DNA from: Ministeria vibrans ATCC 50519
Lineage: Eukaryota; Protista; Filasterea
Assembly (NCBI GenBank): GCA_943704425.1
Contig: CALSCP010001546.1
Coordinates: forward strand, 30,206 to 77,322
Reading direction: 5' to 3'
DNA: 47,117 nucleotides
The notes under the pieces were generated by a model, which did not search any database, was not told where the DNA came from, and saw only the letters and a program-made list of their open reading frames with translations. The position numbers were made by a program, and so were the translations under genes. Shown piece by piece: positions 31,712 to 47,032 of the stretch; the stretch's first letter is position 1, and every line of letters starts with the position of its first letter.

Positions 31712-32102
31712 ATGTTAGCACTTTTGAGAGTTTCGACTCGGGCAGGTGGACGATGTGTACAACCATCGATGGTGTGTGCGTCGGCCACAAGTCGCAGAAC
31801 AATGAGAAGAATGGGAACAGCAGCAAAGATTGTTGCACAGTGTCCTGCGCGCATTCGCAGTCTGCTGGAGGTGTCGCGGGTGGACAAGCCCATTGGGACA
31901 CACCTGCTGTTCTGGCCGGGTGCGTGGGGCATTGGAATCGCGTCGGGATTCAATCTGTCGCTGCTGGTGCCGTTTGCTGTCGGGGCATTTGTCATGCGAG
32001 GGGCCGGGTGCACCATCAACGATTTGTGGGACCGGTACTGATCCTCTTGTGCCTGTCAAATATCTATATAATGTGTGTGTGTGTGTGTATGTGTAACATG
32101 TA

Positions 32103-32133
<31 letters not shown>

Positions 32134-32986
32134 GCTGACATGTTGCTTCAGCAAGCTGGATCGGGCAGTGGAGCGCACGCGCAACCGTCCACTCGCCAGC
32201 GGCGCACTGACCGTTCCCCTTGCCATGGCATGGCTCGCCGCGCAACTGTCAGTGGGCCTTGCGATCCTCGTGCAACTCCACCCCACCGCCATTGCCCTTG
32301 GCGTCGCCTCAATGATCCCCGTCACGCTGTACCCCCTGGCCAAACGCGTCACAGACTTCCCCCAAGCGGTCCTGGCGCTCACCTTCAACATGGGCATCCC
32401 CATGGGCTATGCTGCCGCCACCGGCGCCCTTTCCCTTCCCATTGTCGCCCCTCTCTACTCCGCTGCCCTTGCCTGGACCCTCTTCTACGACACCATCTAT
32501 GCCCATCAGGACAAGCGCGACGACGTCAAAGTCGGTGTGCGCTCAACCGCACTCCGTAACACCCTCCAAATGCAATTGTGTGTCCTACACACATACTGTG
32601 CTTTCTCACCTTTGTGTGTATGTGTGTGTCTGTATGTATGTGTGTGTGTCTTTAGGGTTTGGAGACGATACAAAAACGTATTTGTCGGGCTTTGCAGTTG
32701 CAATGGTGTCGCTTCTCACACTCACCGGATACAATGCGGGTAAAATGTGATGAGGAGTGTTCTTAAAGCATAAGATGTGTATTTGAAAAAGAGATCAATT
32801 GACTGTGTGATTGGCTGTTTAGGGCTCAGTGTGCCGTATTATGTCGGCGTTGGTCTTTCCGCGTACCATTTGCACCGCCAAATCCGCCAGACTGATCTGG
32901 ATTCGCCAGAAATGTGTGCCAGTGCCTTTCGTTCAAATGCTCAAATTGGTTTCATTGTTGCCAGCGCAATTTTCGTGTCAGTGTAA
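31712..32986 (+). CDS. COQ2: 4-hydroxybenzoate polyprenyltransferase (4 exons)
   Basis: RVDKPIGTHLLFWP, MRGAGCTINDLWDR, VERTRNRPLASG, YDTIYAHQDKRDD.KVGVRSTAL; Arg-rich N-terminus resembling a mitochondrial presequence. Confidence 0.95.
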
Positions 32987-33153
32987 TATTTTAGTACGTC
33001 TGACGACTTTTTCGTTCGTGACTGTGGCGAGAGAAAATTACAATGACAAGTGAAATGACGCCTTAGGAGATATGATACTCACGATGAAATGTATTTACCA
33101 GTCTAAGAAAAGAAAACGTTCACTCAACACCAAAATACAATACAAACATAAGA

Positions 33154-34125
33154 TTAGGGACCCGGAACAATAGCAGGCACAACCCCATTGCCGGTGCGGT
33201 AGATCAAAATGTCGCCGTCGTTCGTTGCGCCGTCCCAATCACTCCAAATGCGACACACAGACAACGACTGTGCAATGTGCGCATCCAGTGGCTGCAGCCG
33301 ACGACACAGCTCAACCGCCGAGATCACCGTCTCCCCTGCTTCAAATACACTCTGATTGGGTCCCAGTGCGTTCACCACCAGTCGTGTCAGCGTCGTTTCG
33401 TCTGCCTCCGCCCACGACGGCGCATCCTTGAGCGCACTCGTGATCATCTGTCGTCCATGGCCCACTACAGGCGCACCCTGCCGTCCCATCGTCAGCGACT
33501 CCTCGACTTCTTGTGCCCCCGAGTTGCAGAAATCACACACCACAAGCACATTGTACCCGCGCCACCCCACCTCATCCTGAAGGATAGATTGCTGGTACAA
33601 GAGTGAGAAGCGAGTGACGCGGCCTCCCATGGTCTCGCGGGCGTCACTCAAGAGCAGTCCGCCTCGGCTGTCCTCCGCTCCATGTCCCAACAGGTGAACC
33701 ACCAGCAGTGTGTCCTTGCCGGCACCCCTGCCCACATCCTGTGCAAGCGCCTTTGCTGCAAGCGACAATCTCACCGCTGTCACCCGGTCTGCCTCCTGTC
33801 GGTCAACCACAGTGCGCACTTTGAAATTCCGGTTCGTCCACAGTTCAGTAAGCTTGTCGACACTGCTGACGACCGAGGGCAGACTGGGATATCCTCTAAA
33901 CACAGGATTGACCTTCTTGCCATACCGACTCACGCCAATGATCAGTGCTGCCGCATGGGTGTACGCTGGAGGAGCACAGGCGGCTATAAATGAAAATAAG
34001 TGAACGTGTGCAGTTTCGCATTCGTACCATTTGGCTGTGCGGCCACCCACCACTCTTCCAGTCGATGGTTGCACACTCGCTCGCCAGGATGCGCTGCCAT
34101 CTCCGCCCGCACACTCTCCATTTGT
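33154..34125 (-). CDS. Caspase-like (peptidase C14) domain protein; 5' end may be cut by gap
   Basis: ALIIGVSRY, LLVVHLLGHG (catalytic His), LVVCDFCNSG (catalytic Cys), QMITSA. Confidence 0.75.
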   Translation of the reverse strand, partial: TNGECAGGDGSASWRASVQPSTGRVVGGRTAKWYECETAHVHLFSFIAACAPPAYTHAAALIIGVSRYGKKVNPVFRGYPSLPSVVSSVDKLTELWTNRNFKVRTVVDRQEADRVTAVRLSLAAKALAQDVGRGAGKDTLLVVHLLGHGAEDSRGGLLLSDARETMGGRVTRFSLLYQQSILQDEVGWRGYNVLVVCDFCNSGAQEVEESLTMGRQGAPVVGHGRQMITSALKDAPSWAEADETTLTRLVVNALGPNQSVFEAGETVISAVELCRRLQPLDAHIAQSLSVCRIWSDWDGATNDGDILIYRTGNGVVPAIVPGP

Positions 34126-34132
34126 NNNNNNN
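34126..34132. other. Scaffold gap
   Basis: N run followed by (CT)n. Confidence 0.99.
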
Positions 34133-34135
34133 CTC

Positions 34136-34201
<66 letters not shown>

Positions 34202-34300
34202 ATTCTGTTTCCGTGCCTTTCTACTTGCTCCTTCCTCTTCTCTCTTTTTGTTCTTTCTCCCTTCTTTCTCTCTCTCACACACACACACTATTCCTCTGTA

Positions 34301-36342
<2,042 letters not shown>

Positions 36343-36514
36343 GGCCAAGTCTCTTCCCTGGCACACTCAATTATATTTGAAGACAAATCTACAAATTAAA
36401 TTATAATCTATTCTTATGAATTTTTTTTTTCAATTTGAGAAAAACAAACACAAAGTTACTGAATGGTTTTATCGGTAGAAGAGGGTACAGAGTGAAAAAT
36501 ATAAGAACAACACA

Positions 36515-37573
36515 TTACTGCTGCTGCGTATGAAGGTTCTCGGAAAGGCTCAGGAGGAGCTGAGTAAGCCATCGCTTGGTGGTCGGGTCGTCCTGCAAGG
36601 TCACGCGTGAGACTTACAGACACAGACACAGAAGGAAGACAGATGCAGACGAACACAGATTTAAAGCAAAAAACAAAAACAAAAACAAAAACAAACACAA
36701 AAAAATAATATAATTATTATTATTATAAATATACTACACATACCTTGAGACACTGTTGGAAGGTGGCATCACGCAGGGGCTCGGGAAGGCACTGACGGAG
36801 AGCGTCGCGGGCACGAACGTTGTCGGCAAGGCGCAGGTAGCAACGCACGACATGCTTGATCAGACGCACCGACGGCTCCTTCACCAGCGCATGTACCATC
36901 TTGCCCAGAATGGTCGCAACGTGGAAAAACCGCTCGTATGTCGAGCAAATGTATTGCAGACCAAGATCGTCAAGAAGGATCTTCTGTACAATAAAGGTCG
37001 CGACCGTCTTGGACAACTCACTGCCGGCCTCCATGATGCGCAGACACAGCGGAATGATCTCCGTCGAGAGAAGGAACGTAATGACGTCCGAGTCGTCTGT
37101 CTTCACCAACGCGCCAATCACGCCCAGCGAGGTCAGACGCAAGTATTCAAATGGCCGTGCCTTGCTTCCCGTGTGCAAAAAGGGATAGAGAAAGAGTGGA
37201 ATGTGTGCTATAGCCAAAATAAAGCATAAACATTTCGGATGACTTCATCATGACCCATCGCAGCGGTGTGTTCTTGTATATGTGCGTGTATGCGTATGCA
37301 TAATAAGACGTACATAATTATAACGGTATGACAACTGTATAACAGATAATATGGTCTGAGACGTAGCGTACCTTGCAGAAAGTGGCTGCGTGTTTCTGAG
37401 TGCGATGCGACACACTGCAGCAGCGCAAGCGCGTTGCAGACGCGGTTCGAGTCGTGCGCCGTCAGTGTGGGCGGGGCAAGCAGTGGATAGATGGAAATGA
37501 TCTCTTGCAGCAATGCAGCCATGGTGCCTGACACACCATCAGAGTCAGCACAACAAAAGGCCTTCTCTGCCTC

Positions 37574-37615
<42 letters not shown>

Positions 37616-38040
37616 GAAGGAATGCCACAGGACGGGTGCCAGGTCCGGGACTGCCTCGCGCTTCTTGCTCAGCTCCAGCAGGGCGTTCTCGCGGTTCTCG
37701 GGATTCAACAGCTCGCCGACAAGCAGAAGGACGCGCTCCGTGTCGACAAACTGGACGGGAGAGGGGCGAGAGAGACCAACGGCGAAAAAAAGAAGAAAAA
37801 AAAAAAAGAAGAAAAAAAACAAATGAGCAACTGTCAAAAAGTGGGCTCAATGCGAACGTGCTGCTGTCCCTGAAAGCCTCCGCCCGCAGTCCCTCCAGCG
37901 CCCGTGCCGCCGCCGCCGCCGCCGGCAGCCCCGGTAGCGCTGGGACTGCTCCCGTGCAGACTGGCCGGCGCCATTGCCTGCTGCGACATATGGCTGGGCA
38001 TCACCGTGCCCCATATTGCGCTTGAGTGAGGTCGTTCCAT
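36515..38040 (-). CDS. CNOT9: CCR4-NOT subunit 9 (Rcd1/Caf40); start codon could be 38040, 38001 or 37989
   Basis: [61 protein letters not shown]. Confidence 0.97.
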
Positions 38041-38171
38041 CGCAGGTCCGTCGCAGACACCACAACCGTATCCTGTCTGATTCTGTAGAAAATAAATGAA
38101 TGAGTTTTCGATCTCTATTATTATTCATTATTCATATCGAAAATTTTCAAACTTCTATTGACTATTGTGTA

Positions 38172-39294
38172 ATGTTGTACGTCATCGGTCTTGGTCTTGG
38201 CGACGAAAAGGACATCACTGTCAAGGGCCTGGAGGCCGTGCGCTCGTGCGAGCGAATCTTTCTGGAACACTACACGAGCATTTTGTGTGCGCCTCTGGAA
38301 CAACTTGTACGCCCTCTCCCCGCACACACACACGGCGTGCCGCGTCGTGCCGCGTCCTCATTGCCTTTCGGCTCTCTAGGAGGCCTTCTACGGCAAGAAA
38401 ATCACCCTGGCCGATCGCGAAATGGTCGAAAGCGGCTGCGAAGAGATCATGGCGGGCGCAGAAACAGAGAACGTGGCCTTCCTCGTTGTGGGCGATCCGT
38501 TTGGGTGCGCACACACGCCCCACTGCTCCGTCGACTCGCACACTCACACGCACACACTTTCTCTTGTCTAACGCTAGGGCCACGACCCACACCGACTTTG
38601 TGCTGCGCGCACGCGAGCGGAACATCACTGTGGAGGTCATCCACAATGCGAGCATCATGAACGCCGTCGGCTGCTGCGGGCTCCAGCTCTACAACTACGG
38701 CCAGTGCGTCTCCATTGTATTCTTCACCGACTCGTGGAGACCCGACTCGTTCTACAACAAAATCAAGGAAAACCGCGCACTGGGCCTGCACACACTCTGC
38801 TTGCTCGACATCAAAGTGAAAGAGCCCAATCTTGAAGCAATGATTCGGTACGAAGGTCGAAGAGTGAAGAAGCGACCTATTCTATATATATATATATATA
38901 TATATATACCAATCACTCAATACTATAGGGGAAAGGTCAAGTACGATCCGCCTCGCTACATGACTATCAACACTGCCCTGGAGCAGCTGCTTGAAATCGA
39001 AGACAAGCGTCAAGAGGGCGGTAAGAGCAATCCCCAACTTCGTGTGTATCATTCTAATTTGTATTTGGCACAGCGTACTCGCGAGACACCATCTGCGCAG
39101 GAGTGGCGCGAGTGGGTAACAGCGACCAGACCATCCGGGCGGGAACCATGGAGCAACTCCGCACAGCTGACTTTGGGGCGCCACTGCACAGTCTGGTCAT
39201 TGCCGGCAGTAACATGCACTTCCTCGAGTGTGCCATGCTGCGCAGCTATGCCGTCGATCCCGCCACCTTCGACGCCCTCAACATCAAGGAATGA
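38172..39294 (+). CDS. DPH5: Diphthine methyl ester synthase
   Basis: [59 protein letters not shown]. Confidence 0.97.
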
Positions 39295-39436
39295 CTCTCT
39301 CCGCATTGCACCAAAGAATGAACAACGGACAAAGTGTACAACAGCAAACTGAAACGAAGATGATGGACCGAACAGAGAGGGAGAGGGGGAGAGGGAGAAA
39401 GTTGTGCGTGATATTACATTTAAAAAAGTAGAAGGG

Positions 39437-41198
39437 TTAGGCAGTGAAGGTCTTGCCCTGTCTCGGGGCAGACGCAGTGCGAGCGCAGAGACGCTGGTCA
39501 ATGGCGGCTTTGTTCTTGCGATACATGGAGAGAGCAATGCCCAGCAGCACACACAGCGCTCCCGTCAGATGCATGCCCACCAGCGGCTTAGGGAACAACA
39601 TGAACGACAGTGCCATCGACGCCGCTTTCCGGAAAGTCGTCACTGGCCACAGACGCACACACACACACACAGTTAGTCTCACTTGCTATCACTTTGTCTG
39701 TCTCGCTTACCTGTCACTGCAATCACTGCTCCAAATATCTTCACCAGAGTCAGCACAAACGCAATGCCCACAAACCCACACACTGAGAATAGGAATATCA
39801 GCGGATAGACTTCCCATCCAAACGAGTTCGCAAACTCAACTAAGAAGAATAATAACCGCCACCACAAAGAAAAAAAATGAGTTTCAAAGAACAAATAGAG
39901 GCAGACTCACAAGCGGGAAATAGATTCTGAGTCACCAACAGCCCAAATCCAATCATAATCGCCCCAATGCCATACGAATAGAGCACCTAAACAACACATT
40001 CAGTACGGACTGTGAGTGACTGCAGGTGTACCATTTCGTTATTGCTGCTTCCTTTCTCGCGCATCGCCTTCTCCTGCACATTTCCAATAATTGCATCCGC
40101 ACACAGCGCCAGAGAAATCAGTACCAGACCTAAAGCAAACACAAACCAGCAATATCGGGTTGAAATGATGATGGAGGGGCACTTATAGGGTTTAGAGTTG
40201 TTAGGGACGCATACATTGGTTATTTAGGGATACACTTTTATCATAATTCATAAGGGTCAGGGTTAAAGTTCTACTTGTCAATGCAAGCTTTTAAGTTGTC
40301 GTCACAATATACCAGGGAGTAAGTGGCAAAGCTGATTCACGGGCACTTCTTTCCTTACCCATTGGTTCGTATTGTGGCGACACTGTGACATCCGCCAGAG
40401 TGAACAGCACAAGCCCAATGCACATTAGAAGCGCCGCACAAAAGTCTATGACACCATAGCGCTTGTGCTGGATGACTATTCCGCCAATCATCACGGGGAT
40501 CAACTTGCACGACTTGAATATCACCTGGGAAAACCTATGTTCACACACAAATCTCTTTCTCTCTATCTCTCTCTCCTTCCCTTTTTCATGTTCGTACTTG
40601 CGTCGGATAGTTGAGATAGCCAAGAGATGTGTTGCTCAGGCCCATAGTGCTCACGGTCAGCAGTGCAATGCCAATGTAAGTGCGCAGCTCAACCCTGCAG
40701 AGCACATTAGCATCACACGAGAAACTGCACCTTCATCACAATGATGGACAATCAATCAATCCGTACTTGCGCTTGTTGTTCCCTGACGCCACCTTTTGCA
40801 CATAGGCGAGCGTCGCATACACAATGAACTGCAGAAAGGTCACAAACCAGCCGTATTTTCGAAAGCCCGGCAGTGAAAACAGTCGCTCCTAACGAAAAGA
40901 AGTCAACACGCTGCGCTCCGGACGATTTGGGGGATGCCCGTCGCTACCTGAAGATAGCCGTAAAGCAAGTAGAAGACAAACACGCCGCCAATGCACATGA
41001 GAACTTGCGTGAGAGTGGAGAATCGACTGAGATCAACGCCAAAGAGAATGGTCTGCAACGCACAGGTGAACAAATCAGTGAAACAAACACAGTCAAAGCG
41101 AACATTACATCCTGCTTGGGCTCGCGCATCAACACATGCTCATTCTCTGCATCATGCTCCGGCGGTAACTCGATCGCAATCGAAGGATTCTTCTCCAT
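39437..41198 (-). CDS. SLC35B3: PAPS transporter 2 (nucleotide-sugar transporter family), multi-exon
   Basis: [68 protein letters not shown]. Confidence 0.9.
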
Positions 41199-41459
41199 TG
41201 AGCTCTACAAAATCATCTCGATGAGTTTCACACAAGGAAGAAGAACATCATAATAGAGAGTCGCTCAAGGTCTCACGCACCTCTCTGTTGCGGTACATTT
41301 GCCACACAGACAAACACCTTGCAAATAGATGAATGGTCACAGGCCAATCGAGAAACGAGTGAAGATTTAGATTTTAGAAGAAGAAGGCGAAAGTCGAAAC
41401 GTCAACGAGTGAAGGATCAGATTTATTTTCTTATTCAATCAGATTACTCAACTCAAACT

Positions 41460-41565
41460 ATGCGCACCGCAAGGCTCTCTGCATCTCAGAGATCCGATCC
41501 AACCTCGGAAGAACATGGGGCTGGTACGCACTGCAGCAGAACTCACGTCAATCACTCTCCAATAA

Positions 41566-41655
<90 letters not shown>

Positions 41656-43363
41656 ATTGTTTCGAATCAGATCAAGAACTTGTGAGGCTCCAACGGCAGT
41701 ATCGCCTTCTCGAGAACGAACGCCGTCAGTTCACGGAGGAATCCCAAGGCGTCCTGCGAAAACAGAAAAGTGCTTTGGATACATTACAAAAAGACAACGA
41801 CGAACTCCGTCAGGAACTCTCGCTTGCCGAGAGCGCCGCAAACCACGCCAAAGACTCGGTCCATAGCAAGAAGCATGAAGAGCTGCGCCAGCAAGCAGGT
41901 ATTCCCCATGGTGTTGTTTTCAATGCCTGCCCTTTCCGCGTTCATTTGCAACTCTTCCCGGATGTGTGTGCATGTGTTTGTGTCTCATTTAGTCACATGG
42001 GACTATGTTCCGTATTGCACCACTATAGAGTGCTGCTCCCCCTGTCGAGACCTGTTCGTTTTTTTCCGTTGCCATGGAGATTTCACGACAACATACACAA
42101 TACTCGCGTTAATGCCCTCTCTTTTCCTTTTTCTCTCGCTGAGAAATGATCATGCACTTGACTAGTGTACCCTAGCTAGGCGGCCTCAAACACACACCCA
42201 CTCTATTTATTATTTTGGGTTGTATTCTTCTATTTATTTGAGATCGCAAATTGCTTCTTTTTTTTAAGACGGATACAAAAAGCAAATTGAAGCGGAACAG
42301 AAACAGTCAAACGAGCTTGACCAGGGCATTCGTGAGATGCGCCGGAAGATTGCTGAGATGAGGAAAAAGCTTGGGGGTGTCAATGCGGGCGCAGAGTGTC
42401 TCAGTCAGACGGTTAGTACCGGAAAGGAGAAGACACCATTGTGCACTGAACTGACAATTAGGAGCACACACTGAAAACGCTCGAGTATCGTTTGGAAAAG
42501 GCTAATCAACGGTTTAACAAGGTGCTTGCCGACAACCGCAAATTACGCGAGACCATCGACAGCCTGCGACAAGAGCGGGGCGTCTTTGATACGCTGCAGG
42601 GCAAATTGGAACGGGAGCTGCAGGCGCAGAAGAAGTCGATGAGCGAAGTGATTGAACTAAGTAACCAGGCGTACGAGGGACGCGACGAGGCTCAGGCCAA
42701 GATCAGTGTGTTACGTGAGAAGAGCGACAAGGAAACAGCGGCATTTACCCTGGAGATGAAGGAATTGTCGCTCATTCTTGAGCAAGACCGAAAACTCAAA
42801 TCGTTTATGGGACTTAAAGGGCAAGTAAGGCACTTACAATATTATAATTTTACTTATTGTAGACAGAGATAATAACATAATAACTATTATAATAATATTA
42901 TTATAATAATTAATATTATTTTTATTGGAAATGTTTTCTATTATAATTATTTTAAAAGATAGATCATTAAAATTTTGCTGAACGGGGTGTTTTTTTTTCT
43001 CGTGCGTGTACGGTAGGATCGAACAGCACATGCGGCTGCAAAAGAGGCACGAAAGAAACGCAAAGGAGACCCCAAAGACAAATCCAATGGACAGGTGAGC
43101 CAAATTTTAGCAAACAAACCAAGAGACTCTCATCTCACGGTGGACTGTTTCATAGGATCATCACGAGGCTGTGACTGCCTACGAGAAGGCGCTGGATGAT
43201 ATCGAGGAGGCGACAGGCCTGCGCGACGTCGACCAGCTCATTGTGCGGTTTCAGGAGGCGGAAGACCGCAACTTTGCTCAGTTCAACTATGTCAATCAAC
43301 TCAACGCCGAAATCGATTCGTAATTATAATCACACTTGACTTGCACACACACAGACACACACA

Positions 43364-43448
<85 letters not shown>

Positions 43449-44140
43449 GCTACCTATAATAATAGCTACGATCAATTAATTTATGTCTTCTTCTTCTTTT
43501 CATTAATTTTTTCAAATAATTGGTGTTGTATAGATTGAAGGAGCGGATCGGGGAGATGAAGAAGGAGATTGAGGGAGTGCGTGCAGAAGGGGCGGCGGGA
43601 AGTGAAGGGAGAGCGCGGGAGGTGCGAGAGCTGGAACAGACACTGGCAGAGACACGTCGGGCGGTGGAGGACGGAGAGCGACGCAAAGAAGGTGCAGAGC
43701 GGATGCTGCGTGAAGTGCGAGATGGGGTGAGGGCGCTGTTTGAGCGAATTGAATGTGATCGCAGTGGGCTTGGCGAACGACTTGCAACAGGTGGAGTCAC
43801 CGATGCCAATGTGATGGAGTATCTAGCGGTGTGTGAGCGACGTGTGAACGAGCTCATTCAGGTACATGCGAGTCTGAATGGTGGGGGTGGGTCAGCAGGC
43901 CAACTGATGGGCGCGGGAAAAGCATTGGGTCTGCTGGGCAGCGGACCACAGCCTGCAGTGGGACCCGTGTCTATTGTGGCGCCCTCAACTGCTGAGGATA
44001 TCGACTCCAGTGGCGACGATGCAAGCGACGTTGATGAACGCCCACTCACCAAAGACGAAATGAAGGATCGTGCTCTTAAGGGGATTGCTCGCAAAGACGC
44101 GGTAGCTCCTGTGCGTGTGAACCGATCAAAGAAGAAGTGA
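41460..44140 (+). CDS. Outer dynein arm docking complex DC2 (ODAD1/CCDC114/CCDC63-like) coiled-coil protein
   Basis: LQRQYRLLENERR, GGVNA, LEYRLEKANQRFNKVLADNRKLRETIDSLRQER, EDRNFAQFNYVN, VTDANVMEYLAVCERRVNEL, DERPLT. Confidence 0.9.
43343..43450. repeat. Intronic (CA)n(CG)n microsatellite
   Basis: Direct. Confidence 0.95.
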
Positions 44141-44245
44141 AGAATGAATGATGTTGTCTTTTTTAATGCAGAAAGAAAATAATAAGAATAAGATTAATAA
44201 TTATTATAATTGTACTATTTTAATATAAGCCCTGTAATATAATTA

Positions 44246-45736
44246 TTATAATATTGAATTGCAGCCTACGTCCCGACACCGTGCGGCGTTGAACGGGTCA
44301 ACAAAATCCCAAAACAGATTTGGCGAGAGGCACGGAGTTCCCTGTTGCCGAAATGTCGTGATGGAGACTCTCATGTCAATCAATCCTGAATTCCTTACTC
44401 CATCGGTGTACCCGGTACCGGTGGTGACTTTTGCTTTAAATGTTAAATTACTTTCTAAAAAAAAGTATAATTTAAATTTATTATATTTTTTTGCAAAAAA
44501 AAAAATGAATGAGAGCTGTCAATAAAAAATAAAATAGCTACATTCATTTTTATTTATTGTATGTGAGTTTAGTGTCGTTTTTGCTCTCTCTTTAGCAAGA
44601 AATGGATTTGCAATTAGTTATTTCGCAAAAGCGTACGTTGATTAAGGTGGCATACAAGATCCGAACGCTGTACAGCATTCATAGAAGCCGACGTTAAGAG
44701 GGTTGCACGTGTTGGGAGAGGGGCATGGCATTGAGGCGCATCCACTAAGGTCCGTCTCACACATGGAGCCAGTAAATGCCCGGGGGCAATGGCACGTGTA
44801 GGATTGGACTCCATCGAGGCAAGATCCGCCATTTGCGCACTGCGGCACGGCACAGTCGTCGATGTTCGTCTCACACAATGAGCCGGTAAATCCTGGGAGA
44901 CAAGAGCATGTCATAAGACCGCCTGTATGGACACAAGCGGCGTTATTTTGGCACGGGCTCGACGCACACCCGCTGACGATCGTCTCGCACAATGAGCCAG
45001 TAAATCCCGGGGAACAAGAGCACATATAGGAGTCATCTTCATCGACGCACAAGGCACCATTGCTGCACGGGCTCGAGACACAGTCGTCGATGTTCGTCTC
45101 GCACAATGAGCCAGTAAATCCCGGGGAACAAGAGCACATATAGGAGTCATCTTCATCGACGCACAAGGCACCATTGCTGCACGGGCTCGAGACACAGTCG
45201 TCGATGTTCGTCTCGCACAATGAGCCAGTAAATCCCGGGGAACAAGAGCACATATAGGAGTCATCTTCATCGACGCACAAGGCACCATTGCTGCACGGGC
45301 TCGAGACACAGTCGTCGATGTTCGTCTCGCACAATGAGCCAGTAAATCCCGAAGGACACGAGCACACAAAGGAGTCGACTCCCTCGACACATGATCCGCT
45401 GTTCTTGCATGGATTTGAGTCGCACTCGTTCGAGTCAGGGGCGGCGGAACTTGCTGTGTTGCACGAGCAGGATGCGATCAATTCCTCCAGAGCAATGACT
45501 TTCGCCTCGAGATCACTGAAGAGCGAATTGAACTCACTCTGCACGAGAGCCCTCGACCCGTTGACGAACAGCTCTCCGCCAAAGAGCACCGATCGGTTGA
45601 GCGCCGGCGACAGCACAATGCTTCCGGCGTCGTTGTAGACGTGCGCGTCGTCGGCATTTGCCCACACAACGCACCACAACACCGAATACAACACAAACAC
45701 TACAGAAAAAATAGAAGAAAAAAAAAAACAGCGCAT
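44246..45736 (-). CDS. Secreted multi-EGF protein with cubilin-N-like/coiled-coil N-terminus; the unspliced form ends at 44642, a probable intron 44655-44434 adds a final exon
   Basis: Signal peptide; 6 complete EGF/cbEGF repeats (TNIDDC..PC.NG..C..Y.C.C..GFTG..CE) plus one divergent; phase-1 donor and acceptor match. Confidence 0.85.
44981..45351. repeat. Coding tandem repeat, 114-bp EGF unit x ~3.2
   Basis: cgtctcgcacaatgagcc at 44981, 45095, 45209 and 45323; units appear identical. Confidence 0.95.
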
Positions 45737-46291
45737 CTTCAGTCATTCTGATCAGACAAGCCCCATGCGCGCCCCATCACCGTCATCTAACAACAGCTCA
45801 CAACCCCTAGGAGCGCACGGCAAGCAGAAACACGCTGCCAATGTCGTTTGAGCAATGTTCTTTGTTCCATTGCTGAACCATTGCCCTATTGATATCAATT
45901 TGATTGGCATTTCGCCGATAATTGGAGACACCGCCGCTGCGCGACCCCGCAACCGCACACACACACACACACACACACGCCCTCTTGATGTAGTGGAGAC
46001 TTACTTTAGCGGTCGTAGTCGATTAAACCTTTTTTGATAGAGAGAAAAAAAAATGAAAAAAGGTATAGGATAAAATTTGAGTATGCTTCGATTACTGTCC
46101 CGAATCAGTCATAAACACAATAACAATAATGTGCCCTCGCTGTCAGAGCGTATCTGTATTCTGATTTCTCCGGTTTCCGTGGCCTGTGGGTCTATGTCTA
46201 TGGCGGAATCATTGTCATACTCGGGTGATCTTTGTTTAATGATTAATTTTATTTTTCATCTAGTCTCATCAACTGCCCTCTTTTGAGCACA

Positions 46292-46976
46292 ATGGACGAC
46301 AACGTAATTATTGACGCCATCGAGGGCGTCGCGGCGCAGTCTGTGTTCAAACCGCTCCAAGACGACCAAATTAGTACGATGCTGTCGCTGTTGCGCCTTC
46401 CGCCCTCTCAACGCCCTCTCCGCTGACTAGAGGAAGGCGAGACTGTGTCTTTCATGCATGCTGCTTCTATCCGAGACCCGCGCCTCTTCGAGCTGATGAC
46501 CGTAGGCGAAAACGACTGTTTTACCGAGTCCGTTGCGCTGACGTGTTTTCGCCTTTCGCGCAGAGTTTGCGAAAATGGGTCAATACACACACTGGCGACG
46601 ACAAGTATACACTGGAGACGTTTGAGGAGGATCTCAGCGATGGCATTATCTTCGTCGCATTGTTGGGTATGGCGCAAGAGACGAGAGACGCAACCAATAT
46701 CATTCTTACTGCATATTGTGTTGCACAGAAAAACTCTCTGGCGTCTCGCTGAAACACAACGCAGTGGCAGCCAACGAGACTAGTCGGAAGGAGAACTTTG
46801 CAGTGGTGTGTAAGTTTTTGACGACGCAGCTTGGTCTCAACCCCAAAGGCAGATGGTCTGTGGATGGTACAGAACAAACCTGGACTGCTTTGTGTGCTTT
46901 CTTCTCCCTCCTTGCTCTCTCTCTCTCTCTCTCTTTCTCTTTCTATCACTTTGGCTCTCTCTCTCTCTTTCTATCA

Positions 46977-47032
<56 letters not shown>

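Noticed and set aside
44642-45736. Notch/Delta orthologue
   Set aside because: No DSL, LNR, TM or ankyrin domains; generic EGF repeats only
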